This document shows, piece by piece, positions 1 to 13,400 of a stretch of DNA of 64,000 bases. Both the position numbers and the translations under genes were made by a program. Under the pieces are notes generated by a model. It did not search any database, was not told where the DNA came from, and saw only the letters and a list, made by a program, of their open reading frames with translations. This stretch comes from Ascidiella aspersa (lineage: Eukaryota): contig OZ004615.1 in the NCBI GenBank assembly GCA_963924565.1, positions 5,022,001 through 5,086,000 of the forward strand. Reading direction: 5' to 3'. Numbering within the stretch: position 1 is the first letter of the stretch; the number at the start of each line of letters is the position of its first letter.

Positions 1-300
1 CCACAAAGAATTTGGCTTGAAGTGCCATGAAATACAGACTGGACTGAACATATATTTTGGCTTTAACAAAATGGTGCGATTTTATCTGAAAAACTTTGCA
101 CAAATATCGAGCCATAGGAACAGCGTGGGTAATTCTTGTTGACAAACAACCTAAAAATCTATGCTCAAAAAAGAGTACCAATATCTATGCAAGGTTTGCT
201 GGTTCGCTGCTGCGCCAATGGTCAAGCATCAGTTACCTGTTGCATCTTCAAAACACCTGACAAACTTGCAAACATAATACTTTTATACAACTAAAGTTTG

Positions 301-503
301 GGCGCTGGTCTAGAATCCTACCACAGTTCTAAAATCAACGCACAAAATTTGAGTTAGGGTGCGGGTTAGCGTTTGGGTGTGGGTGGGTCAAGTATTATTA
401 TATTCTTTGTTTAATAATAATACTTGACCCACCTTAACCCAAACGCTAACCCGCACCCTAACCCAAATGGTGTTTCGTTGTGGTAGGATTCTAGACCAGC
501 GCC
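301..503. mobile_element. Fold-back MITE, Merlin-like, in an RPL15 intron
   Basis: Perfect 24-bp TIR GGCGCTGGTCTAGAATCCTACCAC, exact 8-bp TSD AAAGTTTG (293-300 / 504-511), and an internal ~50-bp palindrome. The GGCGC terminus fits the Merlin GGNRM consensus. Confidence 0.85.
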
Positions 504-739
504 AAAGTTTGTTTACTGCCATTTTAAAAACATACAGTTTGGAATGATTTGCATTTTTTGAAAATAAATTAAATTGGTGTTGTCCGAATTAGATAATTAA
601 AGGGTTGAACTAAATTTGTGATTTGTTTTGGTCCATTTTTAGGTGTTTTATGATTATACCCAGCAAAATTGGTGCTGATCATTAAGAAACAGTCAATTTT
701 CTCAAATTAGAAAATTTCTAACTCAAAATACTGTTTTAA

Positions 740-1888
<1,149 letters not shown>

Positions 1889-1904
1889 TCGACTTTTCAA
1901 AAGC

Positions 1905-1910
1905 AATAAA
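1905..1910 (+). terminator. Polyadenylation signal of RPL15
   Basis: AATAAA 16 nt after the TGA, followed by a GT/T-rich tract (TTTTTGTGTTTTCTGTTTTG). Confidence 0.8.
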
Positions 1911-2839
1911 ACATTACAAAGCGACATTTTTGTGTTTTCTGTTTTGCAAGAATCATACTAGGCAGTTTTGTTGGGCGAGGTTTTAATTCAGAATATTGCA
2001 CTTTAAAAATGGGTATAAGATCGGTTTACAAAACATTGTTTTGCAGTTTAATTTTTCCTACTTAACTAACAGGGTTAACTGATAGACAGCAATAACCTAC
2101 AATAAATCACCTTAAATTAATTTTACCTTGATTGACCAGGAGTTTCTTAATGAAAAAGTGGTATTTGAAACAACAATGTTTTAGCAAAACACATGTTAAG
2201 TAAGGTTTATTCTAGGTTAGATAAGATAATTACATGTAAAGACACAAAGGTCACATTAATTTTTATATTTTCTCTTTGCTTCACTGTGGGCAAGCGTTTT
2301 GTTAGTTGTTAAAATTTCTGTTGTATATCTACATGGAATTCTATCAAACTTAAAAAACTCTATCCTACAATGTGAAGCAAAGGAACAAAAATTACCGCAG
2401 TAAAACATGGAAATAAATTTTGTATTTGAAGGTTAATGCTACCAGTAGGCAAATACAGAAAAGTGACTGGTAACTTGTCATGGGGGATCTAATGGTGATG
2501 CTGAACAAAGCCTGCCTTAAAATCTGTGTTAAATTGAACTATTTTAAACAATTTAAAGTGACATACCGTATCAGTTCATAAACGAACTTGCTAAACATAT
2601 ATAAATAAATTCCAAAAATACCTTTATATAAAAGGTTTCACAATAATATAATGACAAAATGCCTAATGGCAGTAACAAACACAACCTTAATTATTTTGCA
2701 TTAAATTAAGGTATAATGAACGAGAAATTGACACCACAAAATCTGCGTACGCTATTTCCTAAAAACACAGTTGTTTACTGGCAAACGAGTGAGACAGTTG
2801 TGAAATTCACATAGCAAGTCGTAAACTTCTTCCTGGGTT

Positions 2840-3212
2840 TCAACACGCTTCACGGACGCTACTATAGCAAAACGCGGCACTCTGGCTACATTGTTCTCAA
2901 GCGCGCAGATGATTGGCTTCATCCTCGCCAACAAACGAATCTGCTACGTAATGTTCGAGCCCCGCTGTTTCTGCTCGGCAATTCCGAAGTGGTCACGGCT
3001 CGCCGATTTGCGCGTTTTGCCTTTAGCCGTTTACCACATGAAGCCGCGGTCGAATAGCTGCGGGCAAAACGAGGCGCCATTTACGATGTGGTAATCGGCA
3101 AACGAAAAGAATCGCGAACTCGCGTTCATTTAGATATCAAAACAGCGCAGTTTGCGAAGATTTGAAATGCTTGGCAAATATCTTGTCTTTCCGCCCGTTT
3201 TGTGAACAGAAA
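2840..3212 (+). promoter_or_regulatory. CpG-rich putative promoter/5' leader of the ING gene
   Basis: Abrupt CpG-dense block between AT-rich flanks directly upstream of the ING ATG; contains an ATTGG (reverse CCAAT) box near 2912. Confidence 0.55.
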
Positions 3213-6200
3213 ATGGACAAAACAATGAAGATATCGTTAAATGAAGCCAGCGAAGAAGTTGTGGAACTAGCGACAAACTATGCTCAGAAATACGCTAACT
3301 ATGTAGAGAATCTGCCTTTCGAATTACAACGCAGTGTCACAAGATTACGAGAAATCGACCATTCCTGCCGGGGTAGAACACTTTTAGCCTTATTTGTTTC
3401 AATTAAATTTAAATGTAAACAGTATGTTAGTTAACGTTAACCTATGTGAAAACTTTAATATCGATTTTTGTAGGCTGAGCGCCTTAAACGTGTAATTTCC
3501 CTTGTGTGAAGTATTTCTAGGTTTTATTTTGCCACCAGTAAAAATCGCAGGTGTAATAAGTTTTTGCTCATATTTTACTGTTTAGCTTATTTTATTGATG
3601 TATGGCGGTAGAAGCACCTACTATATAGTAACTTGAGAGTATTTTTTGTATGTGTACAGCCATGATGTAGTATTTAATGTATAACAGCTTATTCAATTTA
3701 GAATTGGATATTTTTTGTACACAATTAGAGTAAGCTTGTAGTTATTAAGTATATTTTCATGTTTTTGACAAATACCAAAGTTGTCTCCCATGTCTTTAAA
3801 CAGTTAAATCACTTTCACAACTTTTTCCTCACAAATATCCATCATAAAATATTTGCCTACAGAAATTATCAGTGAGATTGAAGCACATTCAGCAAGTTTT
3901 ACAAAAGAAAAAGATGTTACTCTCAGAGGTAGAAGCACTTTGTTACAAATTCAAAGGTTATTTGCCAAATGCCAAGAACTTGGCGATGAAAAAATTGCCA
4001 TTGCACAACATGTAAGTATATATATATTGATCTTATAAGAGTTTGCCATGAATATATATATTTTTTGTAAACATCTATAAATTTCAAAAGAATAGAAAAA
4101 CAATTTAACTTGTTCAGTGTTGTTTTTATGGTTCCAAAAATCACATATTTTTACTTTAAATGTGAATTCTTAAAAATATGCTGTCTATTTTATTTAGATA
4201 TCGGAGACTGTTGACAATCGTAAAAAGCAAGTTGAACATTCTGCTTATCGGTTTAAAATTGCCTATCGACCTGATTTAAAAGAGGATTTGAATGGAAAGA
4301 AAGACTTACAGGTTTGCTAAAAACCAACCATTTTGTTTTTCAAGAGTTAGTTACACTACATTTGTAGTTCTATGTATGTTTGTTTATTTAATTTTCCTGT
4401 GACATATTATTCATTAAATATTAACTTATGTATAAATGTATATATATATATATACATTATTTATTGAACGAAACACTGAAATTTAATGAAATAGTGTCAT
4501 ATTTTTGGAGTGTTTTATGTTTTTATCTTAGGTCAAATATAAACTTATATTATAATTTTTTTAAATAATTTCTACAAATAGAAATCAGACCATCATAAAG
4601 GGCTTAAAAGAACAAGGCGTAGAAGAAACCACCACGACAAGCAAAATGACAAGGTATGTATAATTTTAATAGATATCTTGTAGGTAACTATAAAATTATA
4701 AATAGATTTATATTGCAGCTTGATGTAACATTTTACAGTGGGTATAGAGTATGTTGTATACATTATGTTTTGTAAACTGTTATTGAAAAGTATAAAAAAT
4801 ACATATTTATAAATATTTTATATTTAACTAATATTAGTTTTATATACCACAAATTTTTTTTTTTATATTTCTATTATAAAATTTTATTAAAAAAGTTGAT
4901 TTTGTAAACGTATTTAAAAATTTTTTTTTTTTTTTAAAAGTGGTAAATTAGGACTTATTGCGCCCACCTTTATCAGAATTCCTTCAAATTTATTCAATTT
5001 GGGTTCAGGCATTTAAGAATAAAGTATATTCTCTTAGTGTTTAGATGTCAGAAACAGTTAGTGTGGCCACCCTATGTTAAAAAAGTAATTTTTTGTTTGT
5101 TTAAAGATGGAAAGGTCAGCGGCCATGGACCAGTCTCCGCTCTCGATGTCATCTATTATCAGTCCGACATCCACCTCTGCGTCAAGCAGCAAGCAAGCGC
5201 TTTACCTTGCGCTCGACACCCCCCAAAACCAGGCGGACGAGCCACCCCCTCCGAGGAAGTCCAAAAAGGTTGACCGACAGGATGGCGCCTTGTCGAGTCC
5301 GGCCCCTGGCACAAGTTCTGTATCTTCGACACCCGTCACGTCCCTGTCTTCGTCGCATGGAGGCAAGTCGTCGTCGCAAACTAAAACCACATCGTCCAAA
5401 GCATCTGCGCCTTCCAAAACTGCAGCCACCACGCCGTCTTCCACACCTTCCAATGGTTCCAACAGACCGTCGCTCAAAGGCAAAAAGAAGAAACGAAAAT
5501 CACAAAAGGTAAAGCTGCCCTTAAATTACATATCATATCAAGCCTTTTGTAACATAAAGTGATTTATTTTTCATGATAGATTTTTACATATTGCACTTAA
5601 TTTAGCAACTTCTTTAAAGGTCACATTTTTATTAATACAAAATTGTTTTTAACTTTTTGGTCTTATAAACTAAATCACAGATGGACCAGACACCCTTTAA
5701 AGTGCAGACAAAAAGTTACATAATTAGTTAACTTAGCATCTGCCCTTAGTATATTTCAAAATGTTTTATTAAATAATATGTTGCATAAAGGTAACCTTGC
5801 TTTGTAAAAAAAACAAGACAAAAATATAAAAGCTGCTGAAAATTAAGGAATTTTTATACAATAGACTACATGTTTTTTTGAACTTTGGCAAAAGCAATCC
5901 AGGTCTGGTAGCATGGATTGTCTAGTTAGATTAATAATTTTTTTTGCATTTAAAAACAACTTAACATATGTAAACATTAAAATAAGCTATTGCTGCCAGG
6001 CATAATATAAAACCAAGTATTTTGCATCCAGCAGTTTTATTACAAACAATCAAAACGTTGATTGCTGTTTCTAATAAAACTGCTGAATGAGCAATACTCT
6101 GTTATATTAATAAAAAATTGTTTAAGATAAATAAAAAAATTGCTCAAAAGTAGGAAATATTTACAAAAAAACAAAAAAAAAACATATATTTTGCAGCAGT

Positions 6201-6436
6201 TTGTCGACCGGAACCCCCGCTCACCCTCGCCCCAAGAGGTTCCGATCGACCCCGACGAGGCCACCTACTGCTTGTGCGGCCAGGTCTCCTTCGGTCAGAT
6301 GATCGGCTGCGACAACGAGAAGTGCCCCATCGAGTGGTACCACTTTTCATGCGTGGGGCTCACCCATAACCCCAAGGGCAAGTGGTACTGCCCCGACTGC
6401 CTTAGGGACCGAAAAAAGGAGGCCAAGCACCGCTGA
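3213..6436 (+). CDS. ING1: Inhibitor of growth protein, ING1/ING2-type (H3K4me3-reader PHD finger), ~377 aa
   Basis: Exons 3213-3372, 3863-4011, 4198-4311, 4582-4653, 5107-5508 and 6197/6200-6436 are phase-consistent. N-terminal ING domain ([20 protein letters not shown]; [11 protein letters not shown]), basic NLS stretches, C-terminal PHD ([52 protein letters not shown]). ING1 versus ING2 cannot be resolved. Confidence 0.93.
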
Positions 6437-7536
6437 CCCCAGCCCCATTGAAACAGCTGGACCGTGACGTCATTTTGAAGATTCGCGCGCTAAAGGAGTC
6501 ACGTGATCGTCGACTGATGTCGTCATCCCGTGGTGGTCGAACCGCGACACCTAGGGGCGGGATTTTTTTGAAACGACTTGGCACTTGAGGTCGAGTGAGC
6601 TGCTCGACCTGACTTTTGAATATGTTGTGGGCTTCTGGGAGAAAAAACAAAAAGCGGAACGCCTTTGCACTATGTTTTGTATGGTTGAAAGAGGCCTGAA
6701 ATCGCAGATTTAGGAGTTTGTCGGTCGTGAGCAAATGTGGACGTCTCTTTTTGGCCACTGTCCGCTCGATTTTCGCCGTTTAAAAAAGTTCACCAGACTA
6801 CCTCGCAAGGAATCGCTCTTAAAAATCGTTTGGATAAGAAAAATTTTTTGCTATGTTGTTTAGACTTTTCACAGCATTTTAAATTTCGTAAGGTTTTGCA
6901 CAAATAATTTCGCTTCAGCCTACTAAAACTTAATAAAATTATAATTTATTTTGCCACGACGACATGCGACTACTTTACACTATTGTGCAGCCCTTGTACT
7001 ATAGATAACGGTACTACGGCTCAGCCCTTTGTGGTAACAGAAGGCACCACGTTTTTCTAAAATCTACCGATCTTAGCTTCTTTTCTAAATGAGCGCAAGA
7101 AAATACTGCCAAGCCCACAAGACGAGGTCAGGCGCTGTTCCTTTACAATTCATGTGACCTCTCCATGCAGTTTCTTGTGTTTTAAGGTCGCCCTCGTTTT
7201 GTAAATAACGTTTCAAAATAAATATTGCCTTTGTTTACAACGTAGCTTCGTCTTGTGCGATTTTTCATGTAGTTGGGTGCTGAATCACCCAGAAGCAGTG
7301 TTTGAATAATGTTTGTTTTTCATGGTATTTATATTTTTTTAAAACAAGGGGACTTTTTTGCAGATCAAATTAAAAAATGAGGATTAATTAGAATCATAAA
7401 GATGTTTGCAAATGTATTTTAACTGAAGGTTAACAGTTAAACAGGTTGTATTTATAGGGTCGTTTTAGTTTTACAAAATTTCCCATTGAGAGGCGTCAGA
7501 TGTTTATGATGTTGGGTTAGCGTAAGTGTTTTATTG

Positions 7537-8537
7537 ACTCGACTTAAGCTACGGTTTTCACATGACTTAAGTCTATTGGATAAATGACTTGACTTGGTCG
7601 TTTGGACAAATGACTCTTGTTGAACTAGAGCAGGGTGGTCCAAACCCAGGCCCATCATTTTTTCGTTTTTTTTTTTCAATTATTGTAATACGTAAAGTTG
7701 AGGGTTTAATCAAAGAAATATTGCAATTGGTTGGTTACAGGCCTAGTTACATTATTAAATAAATTAACCGGTTTACTATCACCCATCAAGTTTTAATCCA
7801 GGGGTGCCAAGAACGCCTAATTTTGGTATGTGTTAGAGCGGTTTGAAAGTCGCAGTACGTTCTATATAGAACTTTTTAAAATGGCTGTTTTGCGAACTTG
7901 TAGGTTACATTTGCGCTTTGTTTTACGTCTTTTTAATGTACATAACATAAAAAGTACGACCCTATATATAAATTACTATTTTGGACACTTTAAAGTACAT
8001 AAACGATGAAATGTATAGCGCTTCGGTAAAGTATTGTTTTAAAGGATTTCACTGTGACTAAAGGTTAATGCCCTGGACCTTTCCATCGTGCAATTCTCGC
8101 CAAATATATCTATAGTTGAAAACATTCTACGCTTATAAATGCAGTCTTCTGTTTTGTCAAGCACGCAATTTTTTCGCGCTCCGGGCACACCATTTTCCAG
8201 CAGTCTAATTATCACATTACTTTTTGACGATGCGTATGCCGTCATCTTTAACATATCATGCCTTGACCAAACAAAAATCGTTTCCGCCCCATACGCATGT
8301 ATCACTTTATGTGGCCCGCGAAGTAGGTATATCAAAGAAATACTGTGGCCCGCGATGCTGTCAACCTTGGACCACCCTGAACTAGAGTGTTTTCATTAAG
8401 CATTTGTCGTTATAAAATTGAATTATTTATTAGTAGTTGGTATTGCTCACAATCGGTCTAATTTATCAATTTTAATAGTTTGACGTTTGATTTTTATGAC
8501 AAGGACTTGACTTTAAAATAACTTGTTTATAACACTG
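7537..8537. mobile_element. Copy of a GACTT-rich TIR repeat family, interrupted by a hAT-like element
   Basis: Segments 7537-7622 and 8388-8537 are colinear with the more intact copy at 52173-52666 (GACTTGACTTAAG..., TGTTTTCATTAAGCATTT, GGTATTGCTCAC, ACTTGTTTAYAACACT). Confidence 0.65.
7631..8379. mobile_element. Non-autonomous hAT-like element
   Basis: TIR CAGGGTGGTCCAA / TTGGACCACCCTG; exact 8-bp TSD AACTAGAG. Confidence 0.85.
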
Positions 8538-9944
8538 GTAGGCATTATATTTGATCCATCCGTATAGGTTACCTATACACAATTCTTCTCAATTTGTTTA
8601 TAGGCAACTTTAAAAAATTGACGCATGTTCCTGGTACATCAACTCAAATGGCAAACTTTTTTTTATCAATAGACCCATTCTATGTTTTTCATTTTTTGGT
8701 CATTTAGTGGATCTGCAGGTATTACCATTACTGCGAAAGATAGACAAAAAAAATTGAAAAATGATTCTACTCCTTGATGAACGATTTGCTTAAAGAGTTA
8801 TAGATACTTATGGATTTGCTGCACAACAAAATTTGCTGCGGCAGAAGTCGCCGATGCGTGACTGATATAACAGTGTTTATTTGGAGATGGGACGTACTTA
8901 AAGAGCTGATCGCTGTCTGGGCAAGATTCAGCAATTAATTAAATGTCATGGTATTTGACGCTGTCGCTAACTGACTCAGGGCATTAGGTGATTGTCTTCA
9001 TTAGGTAACCTATAGAGGCCCGGTAAACACTAAGTTAATGGTATTTTAACGCTAATGGCAAGCAAGGCTGTATACCATGCGCCTTATTGATGGATTATAA
9101 TTGATGTGTGTTTGACTTGTTAGTGGTTTGTTACGGAAGGCAGACTATCCGAAATCTGTTTACCGTGGTTATGTCTGTTCATTGGGCTCAATGTTTTTCG
9201 TTAGATTTCATGGAGGGTGTTTACTGCTTAAAGAGTTTTATTAAGATGTAAATCGCCATACAATGTAGAAAGAACTGAGTAGAGTAAATGCATTGGTAAT
9301 AAAGTCTTATAGAATTCTTGAGTAAAATCTATTGTAGAAAATTCTGCTTTTTATCAAACTATTAAGGAATTAAATATTAAGAAAAATAAATATTGCACCC
9401 CCCCTCTAAAAAAAATAAAATCATACAAAACACTTTAAATAGTTCAAAAGTCTAGCAAAAACTGGTGCAAGTATTAGGGGTTTTATGTAACGACTATGAT
9501 AGAATAAAACATTACACCTTATCTTAAAGTGTAAATAAAAGGGTTGTTTACTTTTGACATTTATTCTTAGTTAGATCAAATATATATTTAGGATTGTTTA
9601 AAAGCAAAGCATATATGTGTCTTTTGTGTCACAAAATTGATTTACTTAATTTTGCCATATTCGAATGGCATGCTTGGCTTGTTTGAAATGCAATGCTGTA
9701 AGTGCCTTCATTAAAATTGTATTATGTTTATCTTTTTGGCCACAAACCTAATTCAGTTTTAGATAAATTGCAATTGGCTACCAAAATGGTGCACTTTTAA
9801 AAATATTGCTTTGTAAATCATGTCTCTTAGCTAGCATGTTCGATGGCATTTAAAAAAATTAGTACTTATTTTATATATGTTAATCAATATATCTGAAAGC
9901 CAATTTTTATCAAAATAGTTAAGTCTTTACAAAGAAGGTACAAT

Positions 9945-10056
9945 GAAAAGCCTTTGCAGACTCACCAAATCTTGTCGATTAATGGTGCAAGCAGGGCTAA
10001 AAAGACAACTATCCTGCAGTGAGCTTCGAACTCACGACCTTTGATCATACCAGGAC
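9945..10056 (-). mobile_element. tRNA-derived SINE fragment
   Basis: Minus strand reads AAGGTCGTGAGTTCGAAGCTCACTGCAGGATAGTT (Pol III B-box-like) and matches a second copy at 30130-30241. Confidence 0.55.
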
Positions 10057-10417
10057 CATGGCTTGTATTATTAATCCATAACCAAGAATCTTTGGTCAAA
10101 AAGCAGATTTAGAAGGGATATTTCACAGTTTTTAACACTTATGTGTGTACAATGTGCATGTTCCATTGAATCGTATTTACAAAGGGTTATATTTTCATCA
10201 TGCAATGGTATAAGTGATTCGCTCTGATTGTATTTAAATCCCAAAACAATTAAAATTAAATTTAGAGGTTATAATTTATTCTATTTTGTGCAGAAAATTG
10301 TCTGCTGGTCCGCTTTGTAAACAGGTGCTAAGTTCGTCACCAAAATAGTAAAGAGATTTATTAGGAAATGGACACCAAATTCTAGTTTTGACAACACTAC
10401 AATTTCTGACTCAATGA

Positions 10418-13400
10418 ATGGACCCAACACATGGTAAGTTTATTTTACAATAAAAACTGCTGGAAGTTTATATGCCTCTTCATTTTTTTCAAGTTTAAGA
10501 AAAACTATATCCCTGTTAGTATTTTGTGTTGCAATTTTTTTCCCAACACATGGTAAGTATGGGATTGTATTTTACAACACAGCTGGATGTTTTATATGCC
10601 GCTTTATGGTTCAAGTTAGTATTTGTTATTTATGCTGTAAAAAAAACATTTTGTTGTGTTGTTTCAGATAAACTTGTTCAATTAGAAGACGACTTCTTGC
10701 ACGATGACAGTACAAGCTGCACTTCTTCGCTGGCAACATCCCTGAGCGAGGATCCTGATGATCTTTACCTTGGAGCTGAAGGTAAATGAGTTTAAGTTTT
10801 TATTCTCTTCAAGCAATTGCTGTATTAAAATGTCAGGGTATATGTTTCTGATAAAAAAACAGATTTTCTTTATCAGGAAGTACTTTCTTTAAAAAACAGT
10901 GCAGCCCATTTGCTTTGTTAATGTTTATAAATAATTGTACTAAATGTTTGAACAAATAACATAAAAATTGACAAATAACATAAAATTTAGTTGTGCTTCT
11001 TGGATGCACAGATTTTTGGTTACTGCAAATCTAGTATATTTTTTTATTTTTTACGGCACAAACAGAAAGCATTTTTGTGCTACTTGTTTTTTTTTGCTTT
11101 GCTGTAATCTGTAAAATGTTGTTTTCCTATTTAAGAGTCTTGTTTCATAGCGTTTTTTTGCTTTACTGTTTGATTTACTCAATAAGATCAGTTACACAAT
11201 TTGGAGCACAGTCCTTCACAAACAGACACAGCTTTAGATTGAGTTGTAACTATTTTCCTTAAAAATTGAGGCATGATACTCCTAAAAGTTATAGAAATCC
11301 TAAAACATTTTACAGAACATACCTTGCTCTGTTATACATTTTTTATTGGTTTTGACCAAGAAATCTTATTGAAATAATGAATTCATAGTTTTTAAAGCAT
11401 ACCATTCTACTAACTAGCATTGTTAAAAATTAGGTAACAGTAACCAGCTAAGAAGGTTTTAACCAATAAAACCATATATTTTATCTGTATGTTTTTGAAT
11501 GAACGGCTTTCATTTTTATTATCTGCTCAACTCCCAACTGTAAAGAGAATTTTGGTGTTTTAGATTTAAACAAGCTGTTTGTTTCGATTAACATGTGTTG
11601 TTCTATTGTAGCCAACTCGTTTGACTTTGGATTGTCACGAAAGGATGACAGTCAGAAAAGCAGTTCTGCGACCAGCTCTGAACGGTAAGTTTGCCTAAAA
11701 GCTTTTTCTGTCGGAACAGAGTGAAGGTCGTAAGTGAAATGCACTTGACTTTGACACTTTGCCTTTTTAATTCCGTTACACTTTTAAAAGTTCTTGCTTT
11801 ACTAACAAGGCCTAGTTTTTCTGGTATGTTAGTTACTTCCATTTTGAAGTTAACTACATTTTAGGATCCACTATTTATTGAGTTATACATTTTAATTGAT
11901 TTGAATAATAAGGTATACATATCAACAAATTGATTTAAATATTGTGACTTTGTATAATGTAGAAAGGTGAAAATTAATTACTTCAACTTTTAAGTATAAA
12001 CTACATTTCAGGATCCACTATTTATTGAGTTATACATTTTAATTGATTTGGTTAATAAGGTATACAGATGAACAAATTAATTTAACTACTTTGACCTTGT
12101 AAAATGCAGGAAGGTGAAAGTAGACACATACAAGCTGATTGTGTGCAAAGAGAGATACTCGTCAACGGAATCCTGTTGGACGAAGCACACCTACTCTTCT
12201 ATTGACAGGTCTGCACTTGCGTCAGCTCAAACTTTTACCCTTTTTAAATCCTATTTTAGAAAAAACTTGATAAGTGCAACTTTATTTTTCATATGCTTTA
12301 ACATATTTAATAAACATTGCCATTTACAGTCCTTTTTCTAAAGTCGATACATATGTCTGTGGTTTTCAATACACAATGCCATTAATATGATACTGTTTGG
12401 CATGGGTGCTTCTCCTTACAGAGTTTATTTTTAAACTTCCTCAGAAAACCCCACCATTATTCCTAGTGTTTTTATTGAGACAAAACAAAACACTAGTAAC
12501 CAGATCAAAAGTAATACAGAAAATAATTAATAAGCAAATATATTACTCATCTTATAAACTTTAAAGCATATTTTTTTATTTTTTAATGCCAATAAAATTT
12601 GGTTATATATTTAAAGTCACATATGACTGGTTGGGCAACTTAATCATCTTGTGGAAAATTGTCATGTCAATTTAAATGTGTAATTTTGCATCCGTTTTCT
12701 GATTCAAGTAAATGATTAAGCCTAGTTTAATTTCTCAGGTGTTATTGATTTATCGCAACAGTTTCACGGCAGTAATTGCTACAAGAGGGTCCTCAGGTCG
12801 ACACTGTGGCTTGTAGATATTGATTCACAAGGCAAACATAAAAAGATGTTAATTTTCCTCTAGTGTCGGCGACCTGATAAACGCAAGGGAATGCGATGCG
12901 TCGGATATTCTCCTCAGTCTCGGCTTTGCAGCCAAAGATGCAGAAGAAACCAAGCGTTGCGTAAGTTTTCTATTTCCAATTTTAAAGATTTTGTATGACT
13001 AAGTAGTATGCCTAAAAAATGATATATATACCTTTAATTCATTAGATATTATGCCTATCAGAAAGATTTGGCTGGTTAGAATAATTTTTTTACCTATTTG
13101 TAGCATTTTTATATTAGCCGTTATTTTATGTACTTCCTTCTACAAAACGGAAAAAATTACAAACATATTTTTTTAAAATTTTTTGTAAATAAAGCAGCAT
13201 TAACATGTTTTCTAGCTTTGTGGTGAATAGAACTCGTTGTAGAACTAGTCTACATAAAATACACTGGAAAACAAATTACTTGGCAGGGTGTAATATTAAA
13301 ACAATTGGGTGATGCATAATTCAGCAACCTTGAGCTTGTGTTCACTCAATTTGTTCCTAAAATAATTAGAAATAAATACCACTTGCAAGCCAAAAGGCAT

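Noticed and set aside
1889-3212. RPL15-ING operon
   Set aside because: 1.3-kb gap containing its own CpG-rich promoter-like block; no evidence of polycistronic arrangement.
12739-12852. Possible extra exon of the ITPRID-like gene (TCTCAG|GTGTTATTG...)
   Set aside because: Gives an immediate TGA in the required phase; the 12864 acceptor maintains the frame and the family motif.
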